Program-made: the position numbers and the translations under genes
Assembly: GCA_027339965.1 (NCBI GenBank)
Contig: DAHWNL010000043.1
Span: forward strand, 1-14,614
Source: Granulicella sp.
Lineage (GTDB): Bacteria; Acidobacteriota; Terriglobia; Terriglobales; Acidobacteriaceae
Direction of reading: 5' to 3'
DNA: 14,614 nucleotides
Part shown: positions 6,213 to 14,614 of the stretch, piece by piece
Layout of the letters: every line of letters starts with the position of its first letter
How positions within the stretch are numbered: position 1 is the stretch's first letter
The notes under the pieces: generated by a model
The model's input: the letters and a program-made list of their open reading frames with translations, nothing else
Databases searched by the model: none
Told to the model about the DNA's origin: nothing

Positions 6213-7375
6213 AGCTGGGCGAGAACCGCGGCCAGTAAGGCCGTCCGCTGCACCAGGTGCTCGGTGAGCACATGCTCTTGGGCGGCGTGCGCTCCGGCAC
6301 CCACGGCGCCCATGCCGTCCAGCGTGGGCACCCCCATGGCGGCGGTGAAGTTTCCGTCCGAGCCCCCACCGGTGGCGGCCTCCTTCAGATTCAGGCCGAG
6401 CTGAGCAGCGAGCTTCCGGGCCAGCCGAAACAGCTTTACCGTTCCCGGCGTGCGCTCCATGGGTGGCCGATTGATGCCGCCGGTGACGGTGAGCCGGCAG
6501 GCTGGGTCCAGCACTTTCAGTGCGGCGAAGCTCCTCTCCACCCGCTCCGCATCCCTGGCCCGGCGAATGCGCAAATCAACCTCCGCGACGCACTCGGCCG
6601 GCACCACGTTGGAGCGCGTTCCGCCCGAGATGACCCCCACATTCACGGTGATCCCACGCGCCGGATCGGTAAACCCGGAGACCGTCTCGACCAGACGGGC
6701 CATCTCTCGCACCGCCGAGTGTCCAGCCTCAAAGTCGACCCCCGCGTGGGCCCCGACGCCCTCCACGCGGAGGGTATAGGCTCCCACGCCCTTGCGCGCC
6801 GTCTTGTAGGCCAGTCCTTGAGCCGGCTCCAGAACCAGCGCCGCCTCGCAGTCGGCAGCCACTGACTCGGTCAGCGTCCGAGAGACGGGACTGCCGACCT
6901 CTTCGTCGCTCACCAGCAGCAAGGTGGCGGGCCTCAGGGCACCCAGCTTCTGCAACGCGGCAAAGGCCTCCAGCGCCATCACCACACCGGCCTTCATGTC
7001 CAGGACGCCGGGGCCGGACAGCCGGCCGTTGGCCTCTTTCCAGGGCATCTCGTGCAGCGTTCCCAGGGGCCAAACGGTGTCCAGGTGCCCCAACAGAAGA
7101 ACCCGCCTCTGGTGGAGTGCTCGGCTGCTCGCCTGGCTTTTCGTACGGCTAAGCTCGGGGCCAAAGCGTATCTCCAGCAGGTCGCCGTACTCCCGCTGCC
7201 GATGCCGCCGGATCCGGGCGCCCTGCGCCTCCGCCCAACCCTGCACCAGTCTGCCGGCGCGGTCCACGGCTGGCTTGTCGTCACTGGGCGACTCGGTCTC
7301 CACCAGCTCCCGCACCCGGTCCTTCAACCGCTCCTCGGCGGCTGCCACCAACTGTTCCAGATCGGTGATGCGCAT
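6209..7375 (-). CDS. M20 metallopeptidase, carboxypeptidase G2-like
   Basis: GHLDTV, GVLDMKAG, SDEEVGS, LEP, AHAG, GGTRSNVVP, GGGSDGN, GAHAAQE. Stop overlaps the convergent maf stop. Confidence 0.92.
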   Translation of the reverse strand: MRITDLEQLVAAAEERLKDRVRELVETESPSDDKPAVDRAGRLVQGWAEAQGARIRRHRQREYGDLLEIRFGPELSRTKSQASSRALHQRRVLLLGHLDTVWPLGTLHEMPWKEANGRLSGPGVLDMKAGVVMALEAFAALQKLGALRPATLLLVSDEEVGSPVSRTLTESVAADCEAALVLEPAQGLAYKTARKGVGAYTLRVEGVGAHAGVDFEAGHSAVREMARLVETVSGFTDPARGITVNVGVISGGTRSNVVPAECVAEVDLRIRRARDAERVERSFAALKVLDPACRLTVTGGINRPPMERTPGTVKLFRLARKLAAQLGLNLKEAATGGGSDGNFTAAMGVPTLDGMGAVGAGAHAAQEHVLTEHLVQRTALLAAVLAQL

Positions 7376-7509
7376 GCCACTACCCTATACCACCGCAACA
7401 AGATCGCCGCCAAGAGAAAAACTCTGCCGACGGGTCCGGCCTTGCCAGGGCGGCCGCAGCCAGCCGGGCCATGCGAGAGACCGGAGCCGCACCCGAACGG
7501 AAAAACACT

Positions 7510-7529
7510 GTGTGGTAAATTTGCCACAC
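7510..7529. promoter_or_regulatory. 20-bp near-perfect palindrome overlapping an extended -10 upstream of lpxC
   Basis: GTGTGGTAAA|TTTGCCACAC, 9/10 symmetric, containing TG-G-TAAATT (7513-7521). Lies in the divergent M20/lpxC spacer. Confidence 0.5.
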
Positions 7530-7583
7530 TCGGCTGTGCCCGTCCTGGATGTAGGCTGGGAGGGAGTTTTAGAGGAGAGTTAC

Positions 7584-8534
7584 CTGTCCCGTTATCCTCA
7601 GTTCGAGCAAACGATTGAAGAAGCGGTCGCTTTTCAAGGAATTGGTCTGCACTCCGGGGCTGAGGTCGCGATGCGGCTGATCCCCGCACCGGCCGGATCC
7701 GGGGTGGTCTTCCGACGATCCGACCTCGACAACTTCGAGATACCGGCCATTGGCAGGAACGTGGCGCGCGTCTCTTATGCCACCTCCCTGATGCGTCAAG
7801 GGGTGCTGATTCAGACCACCGAGCACCTGCTCTCCGCGCTGATCGGACTAGGCGTGGACAACCTGATTGTGGAGATCGACAACTTGGAGGTTCCGATTCT
7901 AGACGGCAGCGCTCTGCCGTATGTGACGGCTATCCGGGCGGCCGGGGTGAAGCGCCAGCGCCGCAAGCGCGAGTACCTGCGGATTCTGAAACCGATCGAG
8001 GTGCGGGAGAAGTCGGGGGCAGGCGAAAAGTTCATCGCCGTCTATCCCGGCGACGGCTACTCGATTCAATACGCCATCGACTTTCCCGAGCCCATCGGCC
8101 ACGACATCTTCAGCGGCGATCTGGAGGCCGGCGACTACGCCAACCTGATCGCTCCCGCCCGCACGTTCGGCTTCAAGGAGGACGAAGCGATGCTGCGAGA
8201 CATGGGTCTGATTCGCGGCGTCTCGGACGATTCCGCGATCATCGTGACCCGAACCACCGCGGCCCGTCCCGGGATGGCGCTCAACGGCCCGCTGCGCTTT
8301 CCGGACGAGTTTGTCCGCCACAAGGTGCTGGATCTGATCGGCGATCTGGCCCTGGCGGGCCGCCGCATCTGGGGACGCGTGGTGGCCGAGCGAGCCGGCC
8401 ATGCCATGCATACCGCGCTGGTGCAAAGGCTGCTTCGCGACCGCTCCGCGTGGGAGCTGGCCCACCGCTACGAGAGCGAAGAGGAACTGCCGACGGAACT
8501 CTCCCCTCAGGCGGAGAGATCCTCGGCGGCGTAA
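7584..8534 (+). CDS. lpxC: UDP-3-O-acyl-N-acetylglucosamine deacetylase
   Basis: EQTI..GIGLHSG, TTEHLLSAL, EVPILDGSA, APARTFGF, RFPDEFVRHKVLDLIGDL, GHAMH. The 6924 start is an artefact overlapping the M20 gene. Best start is CTG 7584 after AGAGGAG; alternatives are GTG 7536, TTG 7521 and GTG 7512. Confidence 0.95.
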   Translation: MSRYPQFEQTIEEAVAFQGIGLHSGAEVAMRLIPAPAGSGVVFRRSDLDNFEIPAIGRNVARVSYATSLMRQGVLIQTTEHLLSALIGLGVDNLIVEIDNLEVPILDGSALPYVTAIRAAGVKRQRRKREYLRILKPIEVREKSGAGEKFIAVYPGDGYSIQYAIDFPEPIGHDIFSGDLEAGDYANLIAPARTFGFKEDEAMLRDMGLIRGVSDDSAIIVTRTTAARPGMALNGPLRFPDEFVRHKVLDLIGDLALAGRRIWGRVVAERAGHAMHTALVQRLLRDRSAWELAHRYESEEELPTELSPQAERSSAA

Positions 8535-8674
8535 GCGATGCCACCTCTCCCGGCTCGCCTCGATGGCACAAGCGGCCGGAGCCGTCGCAGACTCCTGTCT
8601 GTGCCTCCTGAAGAGCAGCTTGACGTTCTCTCTCTTCCTGTCCGGTCGAGAGAGCCGGGTCCGGAGCGCCGTCC

Positions 8675-9289
8675 ATGATTGCCGCCATCGCCCTGGGTTC
8701 GAATCTTCCCTCACCTTTTGGACCGCCGCCGGTAAACCTCCGCGAAGCGCTGCGGTGCCTGGGCGAGATAGGCCGCGTCAGCGCCGTCTCCAGCTTCCAC
8801 ACCACGGACCCGGTGGGCTATGCGGATCAACCCCGGTTTCTCAACGCCGCGGCGCTGCTGGAGACACCGCTGGCGCCGGTCGATCTGCTCCAGGCCCTGC
8901 TGAAGATTGAAGCGGCGATGGGAAGGGACCGCTCGGCCGCCAGCCTGCTCCATCCCAAGGGACCGCGGGTCATCGATCTGGATCTGCTGCTGTGCTGGGG
9001 CGAGGACGGTAGGCCGGAGGTCCACGGCTCGGCCAAGCTCACTCTGCCCCACCCGGCGATGCACCAGCGGCGGTTCGTGCTGGCTCCGCTGGCGGAGATC
9101 GCCCCGGATATAGAACATCCCGTCCTGTGCCGCTCGATCGCCAGCCTGCTCGAGGTGCTGGTCGAGGCAGAGAGGCGAGGCGAGGCGCTGGAGAGGCGTG
9201 GCCGGGAAGGGGCTGGGGAGGGGCTGGAGGCTGGGGAGGGGCTGGAGGCGAGGGCAAGGACGGCGAGCCCGGCAAGGAAGACGGGCTGA
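8675..9289 (+). CDS. folK: 2-amino-4-hydroxy-6-hydroxymethyldihydropteridine diphosphokinase
   Basis: IALGSNL, DQPRFLNAA, IEAAMGR, GPRVIDLDLL, LPHPAMHQRRFVLAPLAEI, followed by a ~40-aa low-complexity C-terminal tail. Confidence 0.95.
   Translation: MIAAIALGSNLPSPFGPPPVNLREALRCLGEIGRVSAVSSFHTTDPVGYADQPRFLNAAALLETPLAPVDLLQALLKIEAAMGRDRSAASLLHPKGPRVIDLDLLLCWGEDGRPEVHGSAKLTLPHPAMHQRRFVLAPLAEIAPDIEHPVLCRSIASLLEVLVEAERRGEALERRGREGAGEGLEAGEGLEARARTASPARKTG
9211..9249 (+). repeat. 18-bp tandem repeat in the folK tail
   Basis: GGCTGGGGAGGGGCTGGA at 9211-9228 and 9229-9246, plus a partial GGC; encodes (AGEGLE)x2. Confidence 0.85.
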
Positions 9290-9377
9290 GCCGAGCCTTG
9301 GGGCGCGCCCGGCCTGCAGGAGTGATCGGGATCGGATTGGGTAAACTCTTTCTGGAAGGGCTCCGCAGGAGGTTCCC

Positions 9378-9791
9378 ATGCCCTATGCCGATGTACTGCT
9401 CAAGCCCAGCCAGGCCGCTATCGCCTTGGGCGTCAGCTACCCCACCCTGAAACAGTGGATTCTGAGCGGGAAGCTCAAGACGGTGAAGACCCCCGGCGGT
9501 CACCACCGCATCCCGGAGAGCGGCTTGCAGCCGCTGCTCAAGACCGGACCCAGCCCGGAGCGCCGGCGGTCCCGCGAACGCTTTCGTAACGTAAGCGGCC
9601 GCAATCAACTTGTGGGAGTCATCGATGAGGTGAAGATCAGCGGCCTGCTGGCGCAGGTGAAGCTGAAGATCGGCGACCAGCGCATCACCTCGATCATCAC
9701 CGCGGACGCGGCGCGCGAGATGCAGCTCCGCAAGGGCCAGACGGCCGGAGCCTTGATCAAGTCCACCGAGGTAATGATCGTGCGGGTGTAG
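9378..9791 (+). CDS. excisionase-type HTH plus TOBE (molybdate-binding Mop) transcriptional regulator
   Basis: N-terminal LKPSQAAIALGVSYPTLKQWI..KTPGGHHRI; C-terminal SGRNQLVGVI..ITSIITADAAREMQLRKG..ALIKSTEVMI. SD AGGAGG and an upstream TAAACT. Confidence 0.88.
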   Translation: MPYADVLLKPSQAAIALGVSYPTLKQWILSGKLKTVKTPGGHHRIPESGLQPLLKTGPSPERRRSRERFRNVSGRNQLVGVIDEVKISGLLAQVKLKIGDQRITSIITADAAREMQLRKGQTAGALIKSTEVMIVRV

Positions 9792-9892
9792 CGGGAGCCA
9801 GATGCGCCAGGGCGGCTTCGTGTGCAGGCTGCGTCAGGCTGCATGAGCGGCTGATCAGCCCTGACCCCAGCAGGGAGCGCCGCGCAGCCGGA

Positions 9893-10279
9893 TCAGCGCA
9901 AGCTCACGAAGGTGTCGTGACCGTCCCCTGCGAGGTAGTCGACGGTTCTGCCGTCCATGGTGACCATGGCCCGGTCGTCAAGGGCGAGCAGTTTGGGCCA
10001 ATGCGCATCCAGAAGGCAGGCCACATAGGCGATGCAGTGCATCTCCGCGGGTGTGCCCACGCGGCTGCCATGCTGAATCAACTCCGCGAACATGGGCGGA
10101 TGGTAGTTCTGCAGCAGCACGTCGCCGGTGTAGCTGATGAGCACCTGCGTCCCGGGCTGTTTGACCCCATCGCGCGTGACCGACGCCAAAGGATCCCGGA
10201 CATAGATCCGTTGCCGGTGCCAAAGCACAAATGCCAAGGCTGCCAGAACCAGCAACACTCTCCAACCTCTCAACGTCAC
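9893..10279 (-). CDS. hypothetical protein with N-terminal membrane anchor
   Basis: 128 aa; GAGGAGG SD 5 nt before GTG; hydrophobic N-terminus VLLVLAALAFVLW; 28 nt downstream of the oxidoreductase on the same strand. Confidence 0.75.
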   Translation of the reverse strand: MTLRGWRVLLVLAALAFVLWHRQRIYVRDPLASVTRDGVKQPGTQVLISYTGDVLLQNYHPPMFAELIQHGSRVGTPAEMHCIAYVACLLDAHWPKLLALDDRAMVTMDGRTVDYLAGDGHDTFVSLR

Positions 10280-10307
10280 AACATCCTCCTCAGCCGCTCA
10301 AGCCGGC

Positions 10308-12101
10308 CTAACCTTTCTTCTCTTCGTGGTACTCCTGTTCGGAGTTGATCTCCCAGATGGCCTGCTTGTTGACATAGCCGGTGGCGATTCCGTCCACCAC
10401 CGCCATGGCGGTGAGCATCGAGTGGTCCTGGTTGTTGTACTTGTGCATCCCGTTGCGGCCCACCAAAAACAGGTTCTCAAAGCGGTCGATCCACTGGCGC
10501 AGTTCGCTGAACCGGTCGTAAGTTCCAAAGTACGCCGGATAGGTCTTGGGCACGCGCACCACATGGGCGTCCAGCACCTGACCGGTGCTGAGGATGCCGA
10601 TCTTTTCCAGCTCGCCGGCCGCAAATCGCTTCAATTCTTCATCCGGCATACTCCAGAGCGGATCGCTCTCATAGCAGAAGTACTCCAGTCCGATCCATAC
10701 CTTGGTGGGATCGGAGATCATGTAGGGACTCCAGTTGTTGAAGATCTGGAGCCGACCGAGCAGGACGTCCGGCTCCTGGATGTAGATCCAGGTGTCCTTG
10801 ATGAGGGTCTTGTCGGACTCGGTGACGTCCAGACGGTTGGCCAGCACGCCGACGGTGATGAAGTCGCGATACTGGAGCCCTTCGCTCACCTGCTGCACGT
10901 TGGCGGGAACCTCGGCTTGCAGGGCGCGCACCAGGTCGCGGATGGGCATGGTGGAGAGAAAGTAGTCGCCCGCAAACCGCCGCCGCTCTCCGGCGGCGTT
11001 GACGGCCTCAACCGCGGTGACGCGGGCTGCTTCGACCTCGACGCCCACCACGGTCCAGCCTAGATGGATCTCGCCGCCCATAGCCGTGACCCGTTCGGCG
11101 ACGTGCTCCCAGAGCTGCCCGGGTCCGAATTTGGGGTAGAGAAAGCGCTCGATGAGCGAAGTGTCAGTGCCCTTCTGGGCGATATCCTGCGCCCGCGCCC
11201 GGCCTGAATCTGATCCACTATTTTGGGATGTACCCACCGTATGGGATGTACCGTTTGTTCCGGATGTGCCGCCAGAACGGGAAAGCAGGTGCTTGCGCAG
11301 GAAGTGCTTGAGCGCGGTGGTGAGGCTCAGGCCCTTGATCCGCTGCGCTCCCCACTCCGCGGAGATGGTATGGCAGGGCGTTCCCCAGACCTTTTCGGTG
11401 TAGCTCTTGAAGAAGGTGAGGTAGAGCTCGCGCCCGAAGCGGTTGATGAGAAAGTCTTCCAGGCTCTTCTCCTGCTTGATGGGCCGCAGGCGGCTCATGA
11501 CGTAGCTGACTCCGATGCGGGCCATGCGCAGCGGGCCGAGGTTGGCCAGCGTGGTTCCATTCAGCTTGATGGGGTAGTCGAAGAACTTGCGTAGGTAATA
11601 GATCCGGCTCTTGCGCGGACGAACCAGCATCACCAGGTCGTCGCTCGGCGAGGCGGCCGGAGCGACCACTGTCACCGTGGGCACATGTTCGGCGAGTTCC
11701 TCGGCACTGATCTCGTCGTCGTGGGTGTGCTCGGCGTGGGCCTCGGCGGCCCGCTTGGCCTTTGGTTCAAGCGGTCCCATGCCCCGCAGGGGGGGCTCTT
11801 CCTCCACGGCCAAGGGCACGGTGACGGTCTTGTGTTGTCCCTGGTAGGTGACCTCGACCGGCCCCTGGGCTTCTTCCACGGGCATCAGGTCCATCCACCA
11901 CTGCATGACGCGGTCGCTCTTGGAGAAGAACCGATGGCCGCCGATATCCATGCGGTTGCCCTTATAGCGGATGGTCCGGGAGATTCCGCCGATCTCTTCG
12001 GAGGCCTCCAGCACAATGGGCTGCACGCCGGTGCGGCGCAGAAACTCCAGCGCCGCGGTCAGCCCCGCCGGCCCAGCTCCGATCACAATCGCTTTCTTCA
12101 T
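10308..12101 (-). CDS. FAD-dependent oxidoreductase, UDP-galactopyranose mutase / protoporphyrinogen oxidase-like family
   Basis: [10 protein letters not shown] dinucleotide fold, [74 protein letters not shown]. Two low-complexity insertions. Confidence 0.88.
   Translation of the reverse strand: MKKAIVIGAGPAGLTAALEFLRRTGVQPIVLEASEEIGGISRTIRYKGNRMDIGGHRFFSKSDRVMQWWMDLMPVEEAQGPVEVTYQGQHKTVTVPLAVEEEPPLRGMGPLEPKAKRAAEAHAEHTHDDEISAEELAEHVPTVTVVAPAASPSDDLVMLVRPRKSRIYYLRKFFDYPIKLNGTTLANLGPLRMARIGVSYVMSRLRPIKQEKSLEDFLINRFGRELYLTFFKSYTEKVWGTPCHTISAEWGAQRIKGLSLTTALKHFLRKHLLSRSGGTSGTNGTSHTVGTSQNSGSDSGRARAQDIAQKGTDTSLIERFLYPKFGPGQLWEHVAERVTAMGGEIHLGWTVVGVEVEAARVTAVEAVNAAGERRRFAGDYFLSTMPIRDLVRALQAEVPANVQQVSEGLQYRDFITVGVLANRLDVTESDKTLIKDTWIYIQEPDVLLGRLQIFNNWSPYMISDPTKVWIGLEYFCYESDPLWSMPDEELKRFAAGELEKIGILSTGQVLDAHVVRVPKTYPAYFGTYDRFSELRQWIDRFENLFLVGRNGMHKYNNQDHSMLTAMAVVDGIATGYVNKQAIWEINSEQEYHEEKKG
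11226..11270. repeat. imperfect 18-bp-period repeat inside the oxidoreductase
   Basis: GGATGTACC at 11226 and 11244 and GGATGTGCC at 11262; encodes [15 protein letters not shown] on the minus strand. Confidence 0.75.
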
Positions 12102-12664
12102 GCAGTTCTTCAGCGCTCCGGTTCTTCTTTAGCTGTGGCTCTTCCGCACTTCGGGTCGCTCCCGGGACCGCAACCCGGAGTCTAGCCCTCTCTCCAAAAT
12201 CAGCCCGCCCGCCGCTGACTTGCTCCTCTACACTCTACCGAAGTTTATCTCCCGGCTGATTTGAGAGGCGGTGAATGCGATGCGCCGCCGCAGCGTCGCC
12301 CACCGCACAGCGAACATACGAGAAAGGAAGACGTCACAGCCAGGACCCAACAGTCTGAATCCATACTTATCCGCTCCTAGAATTCCACGCCCAGAGATCG
12401 ATGGTTTGAACGAGCCAACGCAGCCGCGATTGACAGCGGGAGAAACGCGATCGCCGCGGCCGGCATCCCCGCAATCCGGAGGTCAGGTATCCCCGAACGA
12501 GATCAAGGTATGGACGACCAGCGCGCGACGACATCGAAAGAGGTGGGGCAGAGAGAAAGCAAGAGATACGTATAGAGAGGGACCTACAAAGCAGAGATCT
12601 CCGTTACCACAGGATCGACGCTAGGCCAGGATTACCCGGCCCTGAGCTTTGCGCAATACCACAG

Positions 12665-12699
12665 AGTATATCGTCCGCCGCTGACCCCCACGCTATACT
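12665..12699. promoter_or_regulatory. back-to-back TATACT -10 candidates (minus 12670-12665, plus 12694-12699)
   Basis: Two TATACT hexamers in opposite orientation between divergent genes; the plus copy lies 44 nt before the UbiA-family ATG. Confidence 0.4.
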
Positions 12700-12743
12700 T
12701 TCCATCAGTAGCCAGCGAAAACGCCCCCGGGAGCACCCTGCCG

Positions 12744-13877
12744 ATGTCTCAACGCGAGCGCACCAGCGTACCGGTTCGAGACCGGCTCGGAGCCCACCTC
12801 GCCATCGCCCGGCTGGACCACTCGATCAAGAACCTCTTCGTCCTGCCCGGCGTCATCGTCCCGTTGAGCGTTGACCCGGCGCTGTTCAACCTGCACCTGA
12901 TCCGCACCCTGGTTCTGGCCCTGGTCTCTATCACCCTGGTGGCCTGCAGCAACTACGTAATCAACGAGGTACTGGACGCTCCCTTCGACCTTCTGCATCC
13001 CATCAAGAAGAACCGTCCCGCCGCGCGCGGCCTGGTCAGCATCCCCTGGGCCTACGCCCAGTGGCTGTTGATGATGGCCGCTGGCCTCGCAATCGCCCTC
13101 ACCATCTCCAGAATCTTTGCCCTGGTGGCGCTGATCCTGTGGATCATGGGCTGCCTGTACAACTTCCCGCCCATCCGCACCAAGGACGTTCCCTACCTGG
13201 ACGTCCTCACCGAGTCCATCAACAACCCGCTGCGCATGCTGCTGGGCTGGTACGCCGTCACCCGTGTGCTGATCCCGCCAGTCTCTCTTCTGGTGGCCTA
13301 CTGGATGATCGGCTGCTACTTTATGGCGCTGAAGCGCTTCAGCGAACTCTCTGAGCTGCACCACTCCGGCGACCACGCGCTGGCCGGAGCCTATCGCGCC
13401 TCCTTCAAGCGCTACACGCCAGAGTCGCTGCTGGTCTCCGTGGTCTTCTACGCCTCCGCGGCGATGCTCTTTCTGGGCGCCTTTATCATCCGCTACCGTA
13501 TCGAGCTGATCCTCAGCTTTCCTCTGGTGGCGCTCACCATGGCCATCTACCTGCGGCTAGCCTTCCAACCGGATAGCGCGGTGCAGAACCCGGAGAAGCT
13601 GTATCGTGAACCGCTGCTGATGGCCTCCTTCTCCGCAACCGTGCTGGTGATGGGTATTCTGCTGTTTCTGCGCATACCGCGGCTGGAACAGTTCTTTCTG
13701 CCGACTCTGCCGACCACGACCTCCTCGGAGCAGGAGATCTTCCCGGCGAATGGCGATGGCCCGGCGCGGCAGAGGCGGGCCGTTCTGGCGGCGCGAGTCG
13801 ATGAGAAGCAAGGCCGGAGGAAGTCAGCGGAGATGCAAGCAGCGCAGAGGAGAGTGTCCGCAACGGAGATCGCATGA
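12744..13877 (+). CDS. UbiA-family prenyltransferase, polyprenyl-phosphate phosphoribosyltransferase (DPPR synthase)-like
   Basis: RLDHSIKNLFVL, SNYVINEVLDAPFDLLHPIKKNRPAARG, LYN..KDVPYLDV, LRMLLG, KRFSEL; multiple TM helices; polar C-terminal extension. Confidence 0.82.
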   Translation: MSQRERTSVPVRDRLGAHLAIARLDHSIKNLFVLPGVIVPLSVDPALFNLHLIRTLVLALVSITLVACSNYVINEVLDAPFDLLHPIKKNRPAARGLVSIPWAYAQWLLMMAAGLAIALTISRIFALVALILWIMGCLYNFPPIRTKDVPYLDVLTESINNPLRMLLGWYAVTRVLIPPVSLLVAYWMIGCYFMALKRFSELSELHHSGDHALAGAYRASFKRYTPESLLVSVVFYASAAMLFLGAFIIRYRIELILSFPLVALTMAIYLRLAFQPDSAVQNPEKLYREPLLMASFSATVLVMGILLFLRIPRLEQFFLPTLPTTTSSEQEIFPANGDGPARQRRAVLAARVDEKQGRRKSAEMQAAQRRVSATEIA

Positions 13878-14614
13878 GGCGAGATAGCTCCCCGACAACC
13901 GCTGGTTCGGGTGTGACGCAGGGTCCCCGGAGGGCCGCCGGTTCCTGGCTTCTGCCGGGGTTCTTTCTTGTGCTGAGCGCAGCGCTCTCACTGCTGTGGT
14001 CGCACGCCCGGATGATGTGGAACGACGAGTTCCTCTCCTTCTACACGGACGGCGTGGCCAGCTTCAGACAGGTGATTCTGGTCCAGCTCCGCTATCCCAT
14101 CTCGCTGGACCCGCCCACGTACCATCTGCTCTCTCATCTGTGCATGGAGGGGCTGGGGCGCAATGCCCTCGCGCTGCGCCTGCCAGCGCTGGCGGGCTTT
14201 CTACTCTTCCAGCTCTGCGTGTTCTTGCTGGTGCGCCGCATGGCCGGGGAGCGCGCCGCGGTGGTGGCGATGGCTGTGCCGCTCTGCACGGCCAGCTTCC
14301 GCTACTCGGTGGAGGGCCGGCCTTACGGGCTGCTCCTGGGCCTCTACGCTCTCGCGCTGCTCTGCTGGCAGATGGCGACCGAGGAGCCAGGGACGGGGAC
14401 GGCTGCAGTGCCTGCGGGCTCGCGCCTGCCTGCCCTGGCCGGCCTGACGCTGGCGATTGTTCTGGCGATTACCAGCCACTACTTCGGCGTGCTGATCCTG
14501 ATCCCGGTGACGCTGGGCGAGTTCGCCCGCTGCGTCATCCGCCGGCGCCTCGACGCCGGAGTGGTGACCGCCCTGGCGCTGGGCCTGGCCTCGGTGGGCC
14601 TGATCCTTCCCTTC
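13874..14614 (+). CDS. GT-C fold membrane glycosyltransferase (GT39/ArnT-PMT-like), truncated by the window end
   Basis: ATGA overlap with the UbiA-family stop and open to the window end: MRRDSS..LLWSHARMMWNDEFLSF..LDPPTYHLL..ALRLPAL..YSVEGRPYGLL..ITSHYFG. The WxDE, PPxY, RLP, ExRxY and HY motifs are typical of GT-C. Absent from the ORF track. Confidence 0.85.
   Translation, partial: MRRDSSPTTAGSGVTQGPRRAAGSWLLPGFFLVLSAALSLLWSHARMMWNDEFLSFYTDGVASFRQVILVQLRYPISLDPPTYHLLSHLCMEGLGRNALALRLPALAGFLLFQLCVFLLVRRMAGERAAVVAMAVPLCTASFRYSVEGRPYGLLLGLYALALLCWQMATEEPGTGTAAVPAGSRLPALAGLTLAIVLAITSHYFGVLILIPVTLGEFARCVIRRRLDAGVVTALALGLASVGLILPF

Noticed and set aside
6924..7583. Apparent 220-aa N-terminal fusion on LpxC
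   Set aside because: Mostly antisense to the M20 peptidase plus promoter DNA; a stop-free frame expected in high-GC sequence.
6209..9289. Folate-salvage link between the carboxypeptidase G2-like M20 enzyme and folK
   Set aside because: They are on opposite strands and separated by lpxC, and M20 substrate specificity cannot be read from the motifs.
2428..14479. Many long antisense or alternate-frame ORFs (e.g. 2428..3468, 3916..4665, 7899..8714, 10326..11063, 12705..13376)
   Set aside because: Shadow ORFs of well-supported genes in GC-rich DNA, with no family motifs.

Overview
GC-rich bacterial DNA. lpxC indicates a diderm, and gene content and repeat style suggest Acidobacteriota/Terriglobia (inference). 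The first ~2.4 kb is accessory. It holds the lower-GC tail of a probable polymorphic-toxin gene with an overlapping multi-TM immunity-like gene and a terminator, followed by an IS110-family (IS1111-type) element at 670..2051 on the minus strand. The element has 12-bp subterminal inverted repeats, a frameshifted DEDD recombinase and a ~290-bp downstream non-coding end. That end contains a candidate bridge/seek RNA. All four putative guides match the actual flanks and the element's own ends, sharing a GA core. Removing the element rebuilds a GTAG-type REP hairpin as the target. More palindromic elements follow (2062..2400). The rest is core-like: CHASE3-PAS histidine kinase, yeaD-like mutarotase, maf, M20 peptidase, lpxC (probable CTG start), folK, an HTH-TOBE molybdenum regulator, a hypothetical protein, a Glf/HemY-like FAD oxidoreductase, and a divergent UbiA-family phosphoribosyltransferase coupled to a truncated GT-C glycosyltransferase. 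All calls come from reading the sequence; no searches were run.
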